Positions 35,530-47,571 of a DNA stretch of 64,000 bases are shown piece by piece. The notes under the pieces are model-generated. The model saw only the letters and a program-made list of their open reading frames with translations. It was not told the DNA's origin and ran no database searches. Both the position numbers and the translations under genes were made by a program. This stretch comes from Squalus acanthias (taxonomy: Eukaryota), in NCBI GenBank assembly GCA_030390025.1, contig CM059433.1, positions 8,000,001 to 8,064,000 on the forward strand, read 5' to 3'. The stretch's first letter is position 1; each line of letters opens with the position of its first letter.

Positions 35530-36425
35530 AACAATAGATGGGAATGCATTCAAATGGATTGACAAATGGTTGGCTGGTAGACAACCCCAAGTAGTGGTAT
35601 GTGGTCAGGTATCTGGTTGGCAGCCAGTTATCAGTGGAGTGCTAAATAACAACAGAAAATGCTGGAAAAACTCAGCAGGCCAGGCAGCATCCGTGGAGAG
35701 AGAAACAGAGTTAACGTTTCAGGTCGAAGACCTTTCGTCAGAACTGGAAAAAAGCAGTTTTTTTTAACACGAGAAGGGAAACTGAAAGCAGTGAAGATGA
35801 ACAAGGTTGAAGAGACAAATGGAGGTCCCGTTGAAGAGAAGAGCAGAACTTCTTCAAGGTAGGCATTCCTAGAAGAGAGGTGGCAGTGGACCAAACACTA
35901 ATATGATAGTTTTTTTTAACACGAGAAGGGAAACTGAAAGCAGTGAAGATGAACAAGGTTGAAGTTTTTTTTAACACAGTACTTTGCTATGGTATCAGTG
36001 GAGTGCTGCTGTTTAAAAAAAAAATTATAAATGATTTTGAGGAAGGAGTTGTGTCATTCAAATTTGCAGGTGAAACCAAATTGGGAGCAGTGGCAAATGA
36101 TGAATATCAATGCACACAAGGCTGATGTGGATTATGTGCTAGATGGGAATGTACTTGAGGTATTGGAGCAGGAGAGAGGTCTTGAGGTTTTAGGGGGTAA
36201 TTAGCCAAGCTGGTTAAAAAAAGCAAGCAGGATATTGGGATGCAGAACGAGGGGTATAACATTTCAAACTGTTTTTGGCCCTGGTGAGACCACATCTGGA
36301 GTACTGCGTGCAGGTTTGGACTCCCTATTTCAAAAAGAATATTCATTTATTGGAGGGGGTAGAAAGAAGGGCCACACGGTTGCTCCCACAACTTAAGGGG
36401 ATTGACCGTACGAGGAAAGATTGAC
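35530..36425 (+). mobile_element. Old, fragmented CR1 with inserted Penelope fragment (35645-35752, minus)
   Basis: WIDKWLAGRQPQVVV...WQPVISGV, INDFEEGVVSFKFAGETKLG and CCTGGTGAGACCACATCTGGAGTACTG pieces. Confidence 0.65.
35709..35745 (-). ncRNA. Minimal type I hammerhead ribozyme motif (PLE family A)
   Basis: AGUU-CUGACGA-A-AGGUC-UUC-GACCU-GAAA-CGUU-AACU, with perfect stems I and II. Confidence 0.7.
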
Positions 36426-36789
36426 CACCCCCGGGGCTTGGGTCGCCTCAATAAAGAAAACTCCTTCATGTTTGTACCGCTCTCTCGTGGGGCTTCCTGC
36501 TCTCAGTCCCCAAGAATCCATCCTTATTGGCTCTTACTTTAGCAAAATGAACAATCGAGGATGCATCAGGAGAGCTGAGGGCCTCCCTTCCTCCTCAGCC
36601 TGCTCCTACTTCCGTCATTCGTGTAGTCTGACACTTCCTGTGGCGTAGCTGCAGAATTCACAAAAAAGCCTGCTGGCCGTTTAATCGGTTTGATTTACCT
36701 CCCTCCCAGCGGCAGTAAGCCAATGACCAGCGGCTTCACCGCTATTAACCTGCCCTGCATAAATAAATGAGAGGCACTGCATGTTCAAA

Positions 36790-37925
36790 TAACTCCTTGG
36801 CCTCACCCTTCCCTATCTTTGTAACCTCTGACAACCCTCCGAGGACTCTGCGTTCCTCCGACTCTGGCCTCTTGCGCATCCCCCCCTTCCTTCACCCCAC
36901 CACTGGCGGTCGTGCCTTCAGCCGTCTAGGTCCTAAGCTCTGGAATTCCCTCCCTAAACCTCTCTGCCTCTCCACTTCTCTCTCCTCCTATAAGATGTTA
37001 CTTAAAACCTAGCTCTTTGATCAAGCTTTTGGTCACCTGTCCTAATGTCTCCTGCTTTGGCTTGGTGTCAACTTTTGTCTGATTACATAAGAACATCAGA
37101 ACATAAGAAATAGGAGCAGGAGTGGGCCATTTGGCCCCTCAAGCCGGCTCCACCATTCAATAAGATCATGGCTGATCTTCTACCTCATCTCCACTTTCCT
37201 GCCCTATCCCCATATCCCTTGATTCCCTTAATATTCAAAAATCTATCGATCTCTGTCTTGAATATGCTCAACGACTGAGCCTCCACAGCCCTCTGGGGTA
37301 GAGAATTCCAAAGATTCACAACCCTCCGAGTGAAGAAATTTCTCCTCATCTCAGTCCTAAATGGCCGACCCCTTATTCTGAGACTGTGACCCCTGGTTCT
37401 AGACTCCCCAGCCAGGGGAAACATCCTCCCTGCATCTACCCTGACAAACCCTGTAAGAATTTTATACGTTTCAATGAGATCACCTCTCATTCTTCTAAAC
37501 TGCTGAGAATATAGGCCCATTCTACTCAATCTCTCCTCATAGGACAACGCTCTGATCCCAGGAATCAATCCAGTGAACCTTCGTTGCACTCCCTCTATGG
37601 CAAGTATATCCTTCCTTAGATAAGGAGACCAAAACTGGACACAGTACTCCAGGTGTGGTCTCATCAGGGCCCTATGTAATTGCAGTAAGGCTCCTTACTC
37701 TTATACTCCAACCGCCTTGCAATAAAGGCTGACATACCATTTGCCTTCCTAACTGGTAGCTGCACTTGCATGTTAACTTTCTGTGATGCGTGTACAAGGA
37801 CACCCAGGTCCCTCTGAATAGCCACATTTACTAATCTCTCACCTTTTAAAAGAACATTATGCTCCTGTGAAGCACTTGCGACGGTTTTGCTATGTTAAAC
37901 GTGCTATCTAAATGCAAGTTGTCGC
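36790..37925 (+). mobile_element. L2 LINE 3' fragment interrupted by CR1
   Basis: LRSSDSGLLRIP...GGRAFSRLGPKLWNSLP; tail resumes at about 37855 (GCTCCTGTGAAGCAC...AAATGCAAGTTG). Confidence 0.8.
37087..37850 (-). mobile_element. CR1 LINE 3' fragment
   Basis: ORF 37185-37664 has [13 protein letters not shown]...RNFFTRRVVNLWNSLP. Confidence 0.9.
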
Positions 37926-38666
37926 TGCAGGAGAAAGCAGCAGGCTAGCGACAGAGTCACATGGGTGGGCAGAAGTCCCACCCCACCACTAACCCGCCAA
38001 TCCGAGGAAAATCCAAGCCGTTCACTCATCTCTCACCGCAGTCTTTTTTTGCAGTGGCATCTGAATCGCATTTTAGCCGTAGCCTGTAAAACCGCCAGCT
38101 TATTAAGTTCTTTTTTGGAATGAACTGGACAGGTTGTATGAATTGTTACTGCAGTGAGCATTGGAATGGTGCCTTTCATGAGAAAAGGACAGCAGTCGGG
38201 TTAAATAACCTGAAAGTGAGTCATTCACACTTAACAGTGCAACAGAAATAAATTACAATTTATACCAAAATTTAAAAGCGTTCCTTAAAAAAAAAAATCG
38301 ATTTGCGAGTTTCTCCTGTAAGTCACAATGCAGCAGGACGGAGTATTTCAATTACACTGGGCTTTCTGTCAAAAATCTCTGATTGGTGCAATTGTCTTGT
38401 GGCGGATCGCCACCTAAACGGGCGCAATCCACTTTTCCGTCTGTGGACAATAAATCGGGCACCTTGCCTTTAAGGCGCATGCTGCCTTTAAGGCATGAAA
38501 AAAGGAGTGGGCGTCACCCTCAGTGTGAACTTAAAAAGAGTGGGTTTTGCAGAGAGAAGTTGTAGCAGCCATTTTGCCAAGGAGTATGTAATTAAAAGCC
38601 ATGTGCTCCACATATTGACTCGGCCTCAATTCGTGCTTCGCGGCAGCCACAACAGTCTATTATTTA

Positions 38667-38855
38667 TGCTGGAAATACTCAGCAGGTCAGGCAGCAGCTG
38701 TGGAGAGAGAAACAGAGTTAACGTTTCAGCTCGATGACCCTGAAACGTTAACTCTGTTTCTCTCTCCACAGATGCTGCCTGACCTGCTGAGTATTTCCAG
38801 CATTTTCTGTTTTTATTTCAGATTTCCAGCATCCGCAGCATTTTGCTTTTGTCTA
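38667..38855. mobile_element. Penelope-like terminal fragment, fold-back arrangement
   Basis: About 60-bp inverted arms ATGCTGGAAATACTCAGCAGG...GTTTCAG and CTGAAAC...TCCAGCAT. Confidence 0.75.
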
Positions 38856-40272
38856 TTATTTATGTAGGTGCCCCCATCACTCGCAACTAATAACAATCTG
38901 TGTAGATTTAGAAAACTGTGCAGAAGTTCGGTTTGTGCGGCGAACAAATAAGCAGCATAAACCTCGCCCGACAGCTTCACAAGGGCACAGAAACGCCAGA
39001 GCAGCCAGGGAAATGTCACCTTGCGCTTCAGACCCCAGCTCTCTCAGTGTCAAGCTGAGCTCCGCCGGCTTCTTATCATCAGCCGCACACACATGCAGCT
39101 TTCACTTCACAACAATCGGCTGCGCACGGGAGTGAGCCGGCAGTGTCACTGCTGCTGACACCTCTGGGACATGTTGAAATGTCAGCCGTTCAGTGAGCCG
39201 GTGCGGTGGACGGAGGTGGCGGCAATCAAGTCAATTATGTTGCAATGGCAATCGCACCTGGGGTGGGGGGTGGTGGGGGGGGGGTGGAGGAGGAAAAGAA
39301 AAGTGCTGATCTCATCCTTGCCTTATAAAGGACATTCAATTTCACAGGTCAACGCCACCTTTTCATATGTTCAGGCACCTCTGGCCAGCCTTGCACACGC
39401 TCATTGTAAAGTTAAAGGTGAAGACTATAAATGCTCATCTGGCATTTAGATCAGTGAATTGTTATTCAAAGGGCCGCATTCTCCTTTTGATTGCAATCGT
39501 CCTTTACTATCTTTGCAAAGGCTGGATGGCAGCGGTGTTTTAACCTTTAAATTCTTTGTCTTTGAGATCTTGCTTAACCCATTATCTGCGGAAAGGGGTC
39601 TGCCCAGGATCCAGCCTGAAGCTAAAAATCTCGCAGAGACTGTTAAAGTCACCGCAGTAGATACCCTGTGCTCTTTTCTCTTGCCTTACATTCTTTTTTT
39701 TATTAAAAAATGAGGCCGTGCCTCAGTGGGTAAATGCACCACAGTGTATGATACTGAGCCACACAAATGAGCAGGTCCCACGCTGGAGCCCTGATCTCCG
39801 CTACGCTCGCTGTTCTCCTTTGGAGCAACGGCAGGTGCACACTCCCTTTGACTTGTGATCTCTGGCTGGAGAGGAAAGAATGGTCACTGAGGCTTCACTC
39901 ACTGCCGACGGTGCCTATGTGCGGATGCAGGGAAGGCACAGGATCAGGCTCAGCTGTGACGGCAGCCCCGTGAAGAACGGCCCATTGAGGAGCCCGTCGA
40001 AACACTAAGGGCCGGATTTCGCCAGTGTGGGTGGGCTGGGGCGTGTCAGGACTCCGACTCCGAAGTGAGGTGGGGAAAAAGTGCGATTTTCCCCTAATTG
40101 GGCAGTTGATTTCCAGCATGTGGGAACCCCTGGCCCAATGAGTCTTTCCATCCTGAAAGTCGCCTCCGATGATGTCATCAATGCTGCTGGATTTAAGGCC
40201 TGCATGCAGCTTTTCTTCTTCTGGAGACTGCAAACTTTATGGTGATTGTAGTAAGCACTTCATTGATCGACT

Positions 40273-40512
40273 ATGTCCACCAGCAGGCAAAAGTGTGCTC
40301 CACGCTTCGATGAGGCCTCCCTCCAAGCTCTGGTGCACGGAGCCAGATCGAATAAGGAGGTGCTCTTCCCTTCCTCAGGGAGAAAAATGCCACCCCAGCA
40401 GACTAAAGCTGTGTTGCTCCAAGTGGCCCAGGAGGTCAACTCCATATCAATGAGCCGCAGAACCTGGCTGCAATGCAGGAAGAGGTTTCATGACCTTCTC
40501 CACACAGGAAAA
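40273..40512 (+). CDS. Harbinger Myb/SANT-like DNA-binding protein, exon 1
   Basis: MSTSRQKCAPRFDEASLQALV...VLF...VAQEVN...RRTWLQCRKRFHDL is a Myb/SANT trihelix pattern; donor AAA|gtgagt, phase 0. Confidence 0.8.
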
Positions 40513-40834
40513 GTGAGTATGACTTTCCCATCACCCTCAATCTGATCCCCATCGCCTCTCCTCACCGGCACTCTGCTTTGCTAACCTCTTCCTCCACATC
40601 CCACTTGACACATACATCCCTGCACCCTTACCCATTCCCTCTCTCTCTATGGTCACATTCACTTAACTATTCGACCATGTAGCCCTCACACTTCCTATCA
40701 CTGTGATGCTACAACAACAACAACTTACAACACACAGGGAGGGCCCTTTGTATCCTTCTAATCATCTATGCTATGGATTATCTACACTCACTCCTTCATT
40801 CTCACTCAAACTCCATTTGTGTCCCTCATTGCAG

Positions 40835-40994
40835 GAAAAGAGAGCCCACAATAAGAGGGAAAGAGCCATGACAGGAGGGGGGCCACCCTCAGTAGCCCAG
40901 CTCACCCTCTGGGAGGAGGCGGCCCTGGAAATCGCCGGGATCAAGGAGGATTCCCAAGTGGGGGACGGACAGACGGGTGCATCACAGCAAGCTG
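40835..40994 (+). CDS. Harbinger Myb/SANT-like protein, exon 2
   Basis: Acceptor cattgcag|; EKRAHNKRERAMTGGGPP...LTLWEEAALEI (TGGG motif typical of the family); donor G|gtgaca, phase 1. Confidence 0.75.
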
Positions 40995-41150
40995 GTGACA
41001 GAATAGTTTGGCATCTCTCTCATTGACATTGCATGAGTCACTGATAATGAATCTGATGCTCTAACAGATTGACTTATGATCATCTGCACTATTCAATGTG
41101 CATGTAACCTTGACCTCACATCTCTAACTCTTTCCTTTACTCCCCCACAG

Positions 41151-42259
41151 GACCATCGAGAGCCCCCGTCCCCACTGTCCAGGAGGAAGAGCCTGAGCTT
41201 CCAGACTCCTCAGAGGAAGCTGCAACCTCTGAGGGCGCAGCGTCAGCAGAATTCAGCGCACCCAGCACCAGCACAGACACTCACACCTCGGTGGGACCTT
41301 TGCGAAATAGAGTAGTGCTGGCACCTGGTGTATCACAACTCAGAAGTGAGCATCAGCAGATGGTGGAGACAGGGATAGCAGTGGAGAGTCCTCGTTGGAG
41401 GGCGCAGGACTCTGCCAGCTCGGCTCAGCTGCGTGTCGACCCTGTGCCTCCGGGTCCATCCAGAAGGAGAGCGGTGCTGGAACTCCAGGAACAGGTGCAG
41501 GAGTCTCTGGCAGGTTTTGTCTCTAGGGTCGCTGCGAGTGTGGAGCGAATGGAGGAGTCCATCGCGAACATGAGCAGAGCCTTTGTGGAGGCATTGGCGC
41601 ATGAACGCATCACCGCGGAAAGGATGGCAACCTACGTGGAAAGGATGGCTAACTCCGTGGTAAGGCTGGCTACCGTAGAGGAGAGGATGGCTACGGTAGA
41701 AGAGAGGATGGCTACGGCCATGGAGGAGCTTAGTCGCCAGGGTCTTGAAAACATGGTCATTGTTCAGAATAGAATGACATCTCTTGAGGAGCGATGGTCA
41801 ACTATTGAGCATAGAAACCAGACCTTCATGGAAGTCCTCTGGAGTAGGACTTCCAGTGCAGAAATGGGTCCTCATGGCCCCCCTGAAATGCAGCAAGGTG
41901 CTGTCAAGCCACTTGCTATCTCTGAAGTGGGGCTGACCCATAGAGGGATGTTGGTGGCAGACAACAAGGAAGTGGGGGCTCCTCTCCAAGCGCTCACACG
42001 ACCATGCCACTGCAAAGCCCTCGGTCAGAGTCCCACCAGAGTCCTTACCCAACTGAGATGGGTGTCTCAGCCCCTGCACAGCCGCAGGAGCAGCAGACTG
42101 TTGGCGAGCCCGCACAGGTTCGCCACCCCAGAGGACACATGCCAAAGGTGTCGAGACAGGAGCAGCAAGAAAGTGAGCAAGGGGCCTCCACATCTGCCTG
42201 AAGCCACAGGGGAAGCACCACATAGGAGCACGCGTAAGAGGAAGATAAAGCACAAGTAG
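41151..42259 (+). CDS. Harbinger Myb/SANT-like protein, exon 3 (acidic linker, coiled coil, basic C-terminus)
   Basis: Acceptor tttcctttactcccccacag|; phase 1 is in frame with ORF 41291-42259; spliced CDS is 1509 nt (502 aa plus stop), ending RSTRKRKIKHK. Confidence 0.7.
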
Positions 42260-42517
42260 TCACAAGGGTAGTCACTTGGGTGCTGTGATGTATTGTATTT
42301 GGACCAGCCATCCTTGTCATGGTATCATAAACAGATTTGATGGCAAACTGTTGAAGTTGTGGCCTGTGTCATTTCGCAAATGGGACTTTCACATTGAGGG
42401 CTTAGGGCGACTTGCATTTGTCAGTATGGTGGTCAGAGTGATAGGAATCCGCAGGTTCTTGTCCATTGTCGATGCTCTAGTAAGAAGGTGTGAGACAGAA
42501 GTGTTTGATTGTGCAGG

Positions 42518-42744
42518 CTAAGCAAATCTGGTCAACATGAGTGCGTCCCTTGCATCCCAGGCAGCAATGTGGTCGCGCGCTGGCGCCTTCTGTCCTGTGC
42601 AGCTTCAGGTGGGTGAGCAGCAGCTTGGCGCTCCTGTTGTTGCTCCTGCTGTTGGTGCTGCTGTTGTTCAGGGTTCTGCTGCTCCCGCGGCTGGTCTTCG
42701 TCCGAATCTGATGTCCAGGAGGAAAGGAAATAAATGGTTCCCAT
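42518..42744 (-). pseudogene. Harbinger transposase stub (N-terminal leader joined to the last 20 or so codons)
   Basis: MGTIYFLSSWTSDSDEDQP...QDRRRQR followed, in another frame, by DHIAAWDARDALMLTRFA*, a HARBI-like C-terminus; no DDE core. Confidence 0.6.
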
Positions 42745-43288
42745 GCTTCTGGTATATGCCTCAGTTGAGGAAGCGCTCAGTCAAGGTGGGGAGTGGGATT
42801 TCCCAGGAGGTCACACTGGAGATGGGTCTCAGGCCCCAAACTTCCACAACAATGAGTAGGCCTGCTAAAAGTTCCCCCAGACCTGAGACAACAAAGTTCT
42901 GCCACCTGCAAATGATGATTGCTGAAAACTCCTTTTTAATGGTGGAGCTGCAGCTGTGAGTAAGCAATCCACTTGTGAGGCCGCCAGGATTACCTGGCGT
43001 GTTCCAGAGGAGGCGTGTAGGATGGGGGAAATGTGTAAAAATCAGAAAGGCCTCTCAAAATGGGATTATAGAGGCAATTAAGTGGTTGTTAAGGGCCTTA
43101 AGGACCTATCCCGACTCTTGGAGGCGGGATGGAAACGGGGTCTGAAACCCAGAATCTGGGAATATTGCTCGGAGGCGGGATGGAGGCGGGATCAGGCCCG
43201 CACGCCATTTTTTGCGATTTTAACACCTCACACGCCTCCAATCCCGCCTCCTCGGGCCTGGCAAAATCGAGCCCTAACTGTCACTAAC

Positions 43289-43610
43289 CGTCTTTCAGAT
43301 GAGACGTTAAACCGAGGACCCCGTCTGCTCTCTCATGGGCACTATTTCGAAGAAGAGTTATCCCCGTTGTCCTGGGGCTAATATTTATCCCTCAACCAAC
43401 ATAACAAAAAAAACAGATTATCTGGTCATTATCACATTGCTGTTTGTGGGATCTTGCTGTGCGCAAATCGGCTGCCGCGTTTCCCACATTCCAACAGTGA
43501 CTCCACTTCAAAAATGACTTCATTGGCTGTAAAGCACTTTGAGACGTCTGGTGGTCGTGAAAGGCGCTATATAAATGCAAGTCAGTCTTTCTTTCTTTCA
43601 TTCTTTCATT
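43289..43610 (+). mobile_element. DeuSINE, 5'-truncated
   Basis: Matches 31387-31710. Confidence 0.85.
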
Positions 43611-44299
43611 CACATATGGCAAACTGGCAGTGGGTGAGGCATGGGAGGGTCACTCCGATGGAGCCGTGATCCGGCTTGAACCATTGCCTTGGGGAGGGGT
43701 AAGAGGGAGCCGGTCCGCGTTCAGACGAAACGATCAATTTAATTTAAATGAAATCGACAGGAGACATTTATTTTGAGTGCGTCTGGATCCCAGACTTGCT
43801 GAACATGTTTAAATTGTTGATGTATTCATTGATCTTGCACACTGTAATAAATCACTGAAAAAGGTGCATATCAATTCTGTATAATTCACTTCGAGATTAT
43901 TTTAAGCAGATGACTTTGCATCATGCCTAACCTAATTCTGGTATGCATTACTCACCCTGCTTCCCGTTTTTTAATTACCTGTGTTCTCTTTCAGCTCGTG
44001 TTCCAGCGTGGTTTCTGGGGTCTCCAGAGTATACGAACCAGCTAGTTACACCTACATAAAATATGGCTAATTAATATGTTTTTTTTGTTCCTTACAACAG
44101 TCTGCAAACACAGTAGCGTGTGCCAATTAATGGGCAGGGTGCGAAGAGAAACAGTCACTGAAAGGAAACAGGTTTTTTTTCGGAGGCATCAAGTTATTCT
44201 TTTTATGTTCTGGCCTCTGCTTAATGGGGATGAGCAGATGGACCAGGCTCACCGTGGCCAGAGGCGTCGCCTTCAATAAAAACAGAAAACTGCTAGAAA

Positions 44300-45352
44300 T
44301 CTTCTTCTTCTTCTTAGGCAGTCTCTCAGAACTGAGGATGACTTGCTTCCACATTAAAAATGAGTTCTCAGGTGACTGATGAGTCCAATACGGGACCTAC
44401 AGTCTCTGTCACAGGTGGGGCAGACGGTGGTTGAAGGGACGGGTGGGTGGGCTGCTTGGGTTGACATGTGCTGCTTGCGCTTGGCTTCCGCTTGCTCCCA
44501 GCGAAGAGACTCGAGGTGTTCGGCGCCTTCCCGGATGCTACTCCTCCACTTTGTGCGGTCTTGGGTCAGGGATTCCCGGGTGTCGGTGGGGATGTTGCAC
44601 TTTTTCAAGGAGGCTTTGAGGGTGTCCTTGAAACGTTTCCTCTGCCCACCTGGGGCTCTCTTGCCGTGTCGGAGCTCCGAGTAGAGTGCTTGTTTTGGGA
44701 GTCTCGTATCGGGCATGCGGACGATATGACCCGTCCATCGGTCCATCGGAGTGGTCAAAGCTTCGATGCTGGGGATGTTGGCCTGAGCGAGAACACTGAC
44801 GCTGGTGCGCCTATCCTGCCAATGGATTTGCAGGATCTTGCGGAGGCAGCGTTGGTGGTACCTCTCCAGTGCTTTGAGGTGCCTGCTGTACATGGTCCAT
44901 GTCTCTGAAGCATACAGGAGTGCGGGAATCACTGCTGCTCTGTAGACCATGAGCTTGGTGCCGGGTTTGAGGTCCTGGTCTTCAAACACTCTCTTCCTCA
45001 GGCGACCGAAGGCTGCACTGGCACACTGAAGGCGGTGTTGGACTTCGTCATCGACGTCTGCCCTTGTTGACAGTAGGCTCCCGAGGTATGGAAAGTGGTC
45101 CACGTTGTCCAAGGCCTTGTCATGGATTTTGATAATCAGGGGGCAGTACTGTGTGGCGGGGGCAGGTTGGTAGAGGACCTTTGTCTTACGGATGTTTAGT
45201 GTACGGCCCATGCTCTCGTACGCTTCGGTGAAGGTGTGGACGATGGTTTGGAGTTCGACCTCCAAGTGAGCGCAGACGCAAGCGTCGTCTGCATACTGTA
45301 ATTCGACGACAGAGGAAGGGACGACCTTGGATCTGGACTGGAGGCGACTGGA
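44300..45352 (-). mobile_element. RTE LINE 3' fragment including the RT catalytic motif
   Basis: VVELQYADDACVCAH at about 45268-45312; 303-aa ORF 44354-45265 with FPYLGS and a C-terminal CPTC...HLRTH; (GAA)n tail. Confidence 0.92.
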
Positions 45353-46695
45353 GGCCGATTAACCTGCTGTGCTAGAAATGCACGGCAGGTTAATCAGCCT
45401 CTGGAGCAGGCGGGCAGGTTAACGCTTTGGATGTTACCCTTCATTGGAACTGGAGCATCCCTTTCATATCAATGTGCGGTTTTCTGCAAATATATATATC
45501 AACTGTTCCGAACTGAACTTGAAACAAAACCTTTATCCTTGCAGAGCTCACATCGTGGCGGTGTTATTTACACAGCTGCAGAACCTGGGTCTACGGTATT
45601 TTTAGCTGCAGTAGTTCTCGTCACGTCAACTCTACTGTACAGCAATGTCACCGACTCACACAACCTGTCAGTGCTTCAGGCATAAGCACAATGCTTTCTG
45701 CACAAACACACACACAGAGATAAGCAGATTGCAATTTATCATCTGCCGCATCGGGTGTTTTTTTTTCCAACTGTGCGACTTGAACAGGCTCAAGAAGGGT
45801 TAATAATTTTTTTTTTAAACCCCCCCCCCCCATGATTTTAAAAACTCCTGTGGATCGATCACAGTCGCTTTTTCCATGTATTGTGCTTTAAATAAACATT
45901 ATTGTGTGCAGTGAGGTGAAAGGAAGTGGCCTTCATCAAAGCACTGCGGCGAACAGCATCAATTGGAGTGTCAAACACCAGTACAGTTGCAGGTGTTTCT
46001 AAGGCTGTTTGTCTGCCAGGGCAGTCTGAGAGTCGCCGTCTACAGAGCGCAACACGGCACCCACTGTCTCCAGGGACAGGCTCAAAGCATTCACCTGAAG
46101 TCAAACTCGGTTCATCGTCTGTAGGCTCAACAGTGAATGTTTAGATGATCGTTCTCGGCTTGATTTAAGTTTTCCACAGCCAGGTGCTGTTGGACACTAG
46201 AAGAAACTGTCTCAAGAACAGCTGCTGCCTCTACTTAAAATAGTGTTCGCTCTTCTTCAGTTTAGTTCCAGTAGGATTGCAACAACACACGGCGGCTAGA
46301 TGTCCTAAAGACCATTTCCCTGGAGGGGAATCACAGGAGCATAGAATCCGAGGAAAGAGGGAAAGAGGGAAAATACCAAAGGAGAGTCAGTATCTGGCCC
46401 ACTCGTGTACTTCCTCTTAGCTGGTTTTCAGGGTAGCACTAGCCGATGTTAGTAAATGCCTGGTCTCCATTTAGTGCCTCCCCATGGTGACACGGGGAGA
46501 TTACAGATTTTAACAGGCTCAAACCAACTCCCCATCAGCCCATGGCAGATGGTGCTATAAGATTGTAAAATGCTGTGCCCTTGAGAACACTTCTTGAGGG
46601 TGCATTTATACTATTGGCGTCATAATCCTTGCTAGTTCTTCTATCTCGTTGTGGCCAGCTCGCTAGCAGCGCTGCAGATGCCCAGAAGGAGGTCA

Positions 46696-47205
46696 TTACA
46701 TAGAATTACATAGAATTTACAGCACGGAAATAGGCCATTCGGCCCAACAGGTTCATTGCGGTGTTTATGCACCACACCAGCCTCCACATACCCCTCTTTA
46801 TCTAACCCTATCAGCTTGACCTTCTATTCCTTTCTCACTTATTTACCTATCTAGCTTCCCCTTAAATGCATCGATGCTAATCGCCTCAACTACTCCCTGT
46901 GGTAGCGAGTTCCACGTTCTCAGCACTCTCTGGGTAAAGAAGTTTCTCCTGAATTCCTTGTTGGATTTATTAATGACTATCATATTTATGGCCCTTCATT
47001 TTGGTCTCCTTCACAAATGAAAACTTCTACTCTGTGTCTACCCTATCGAACTCTTTCATAATTTTAAAGACCTCTATTAGGTCCCCACTCGGCCTTCTCT
47101 TTTTCTAGAGAAAAGAGCCCCGACCTGTTCAATCTTTCCCAATAGGAATAATCTCTCAGTTCTGGTATCATCCTGGTAAATCTTTATTTTTTTGCACCCT
47201 CTCCA
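46696..47205 (-). mobile_element. CR1 LINE 3' fragment
   Basis: Similar to 8491-9000; (TTACATAGAA) tail. Confidence 0.85.
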
Positions 47206-47571
47206 CCACAAATGCCCAGAGGAGGTCATGGACCTATCCTCTTCATTGAGCAATGGTGCTCAGCTTGGGAAGACTCGAGAAGAAGGTGAAAAATTAAAAA
47301 TAAATTGAAAACCAGGGAAAAGTATATCAAAAAAAGAATCTGCAATGACAACAAGAGGAACAGTTGGGAATGGCAGCATTCTGCCTCAGCTGCTCAAACT
47401 CTTTCCATCGGTGGACAGGCAATTGTGATTCGGGGATTATATTTTGCAGTGGTGGTTACTGCCTGGCAATCAGGAGTAGAACCAGTGGCTGAAGTGGGAA
47501 GAGTCCCATTCCCCAGTACCAACATCCTCCATTTTGATGAGCACAAAAATCAAAGGAACGAAAGAACAAAT

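Larger units (their letters stand above)
40009..43274 (+). mobile_element. Non-autonomous PIF/Harbinger transposon with Myb/SANT gene and internally deleted transposase
   Basis: TIRs GGGCCGGATTTCGCCAG / CTGGCAAAATCGAGCCC (14/17); TSD TAA at 40006-40008 and 43275-43277; convergent two-gene layout. Confidence 0.88.

Noticed and set aside
44354..45265. Functional 303-aa gene
   Set aside because: 5'-truncated RTE ORF lacking the endonuclease and most of the RT, with no ATG start.
45859..46250. Host exon or another Myb relic
   Set aside because: Coding-like composition, but no clear splice pair and no motif I could match with confidence.
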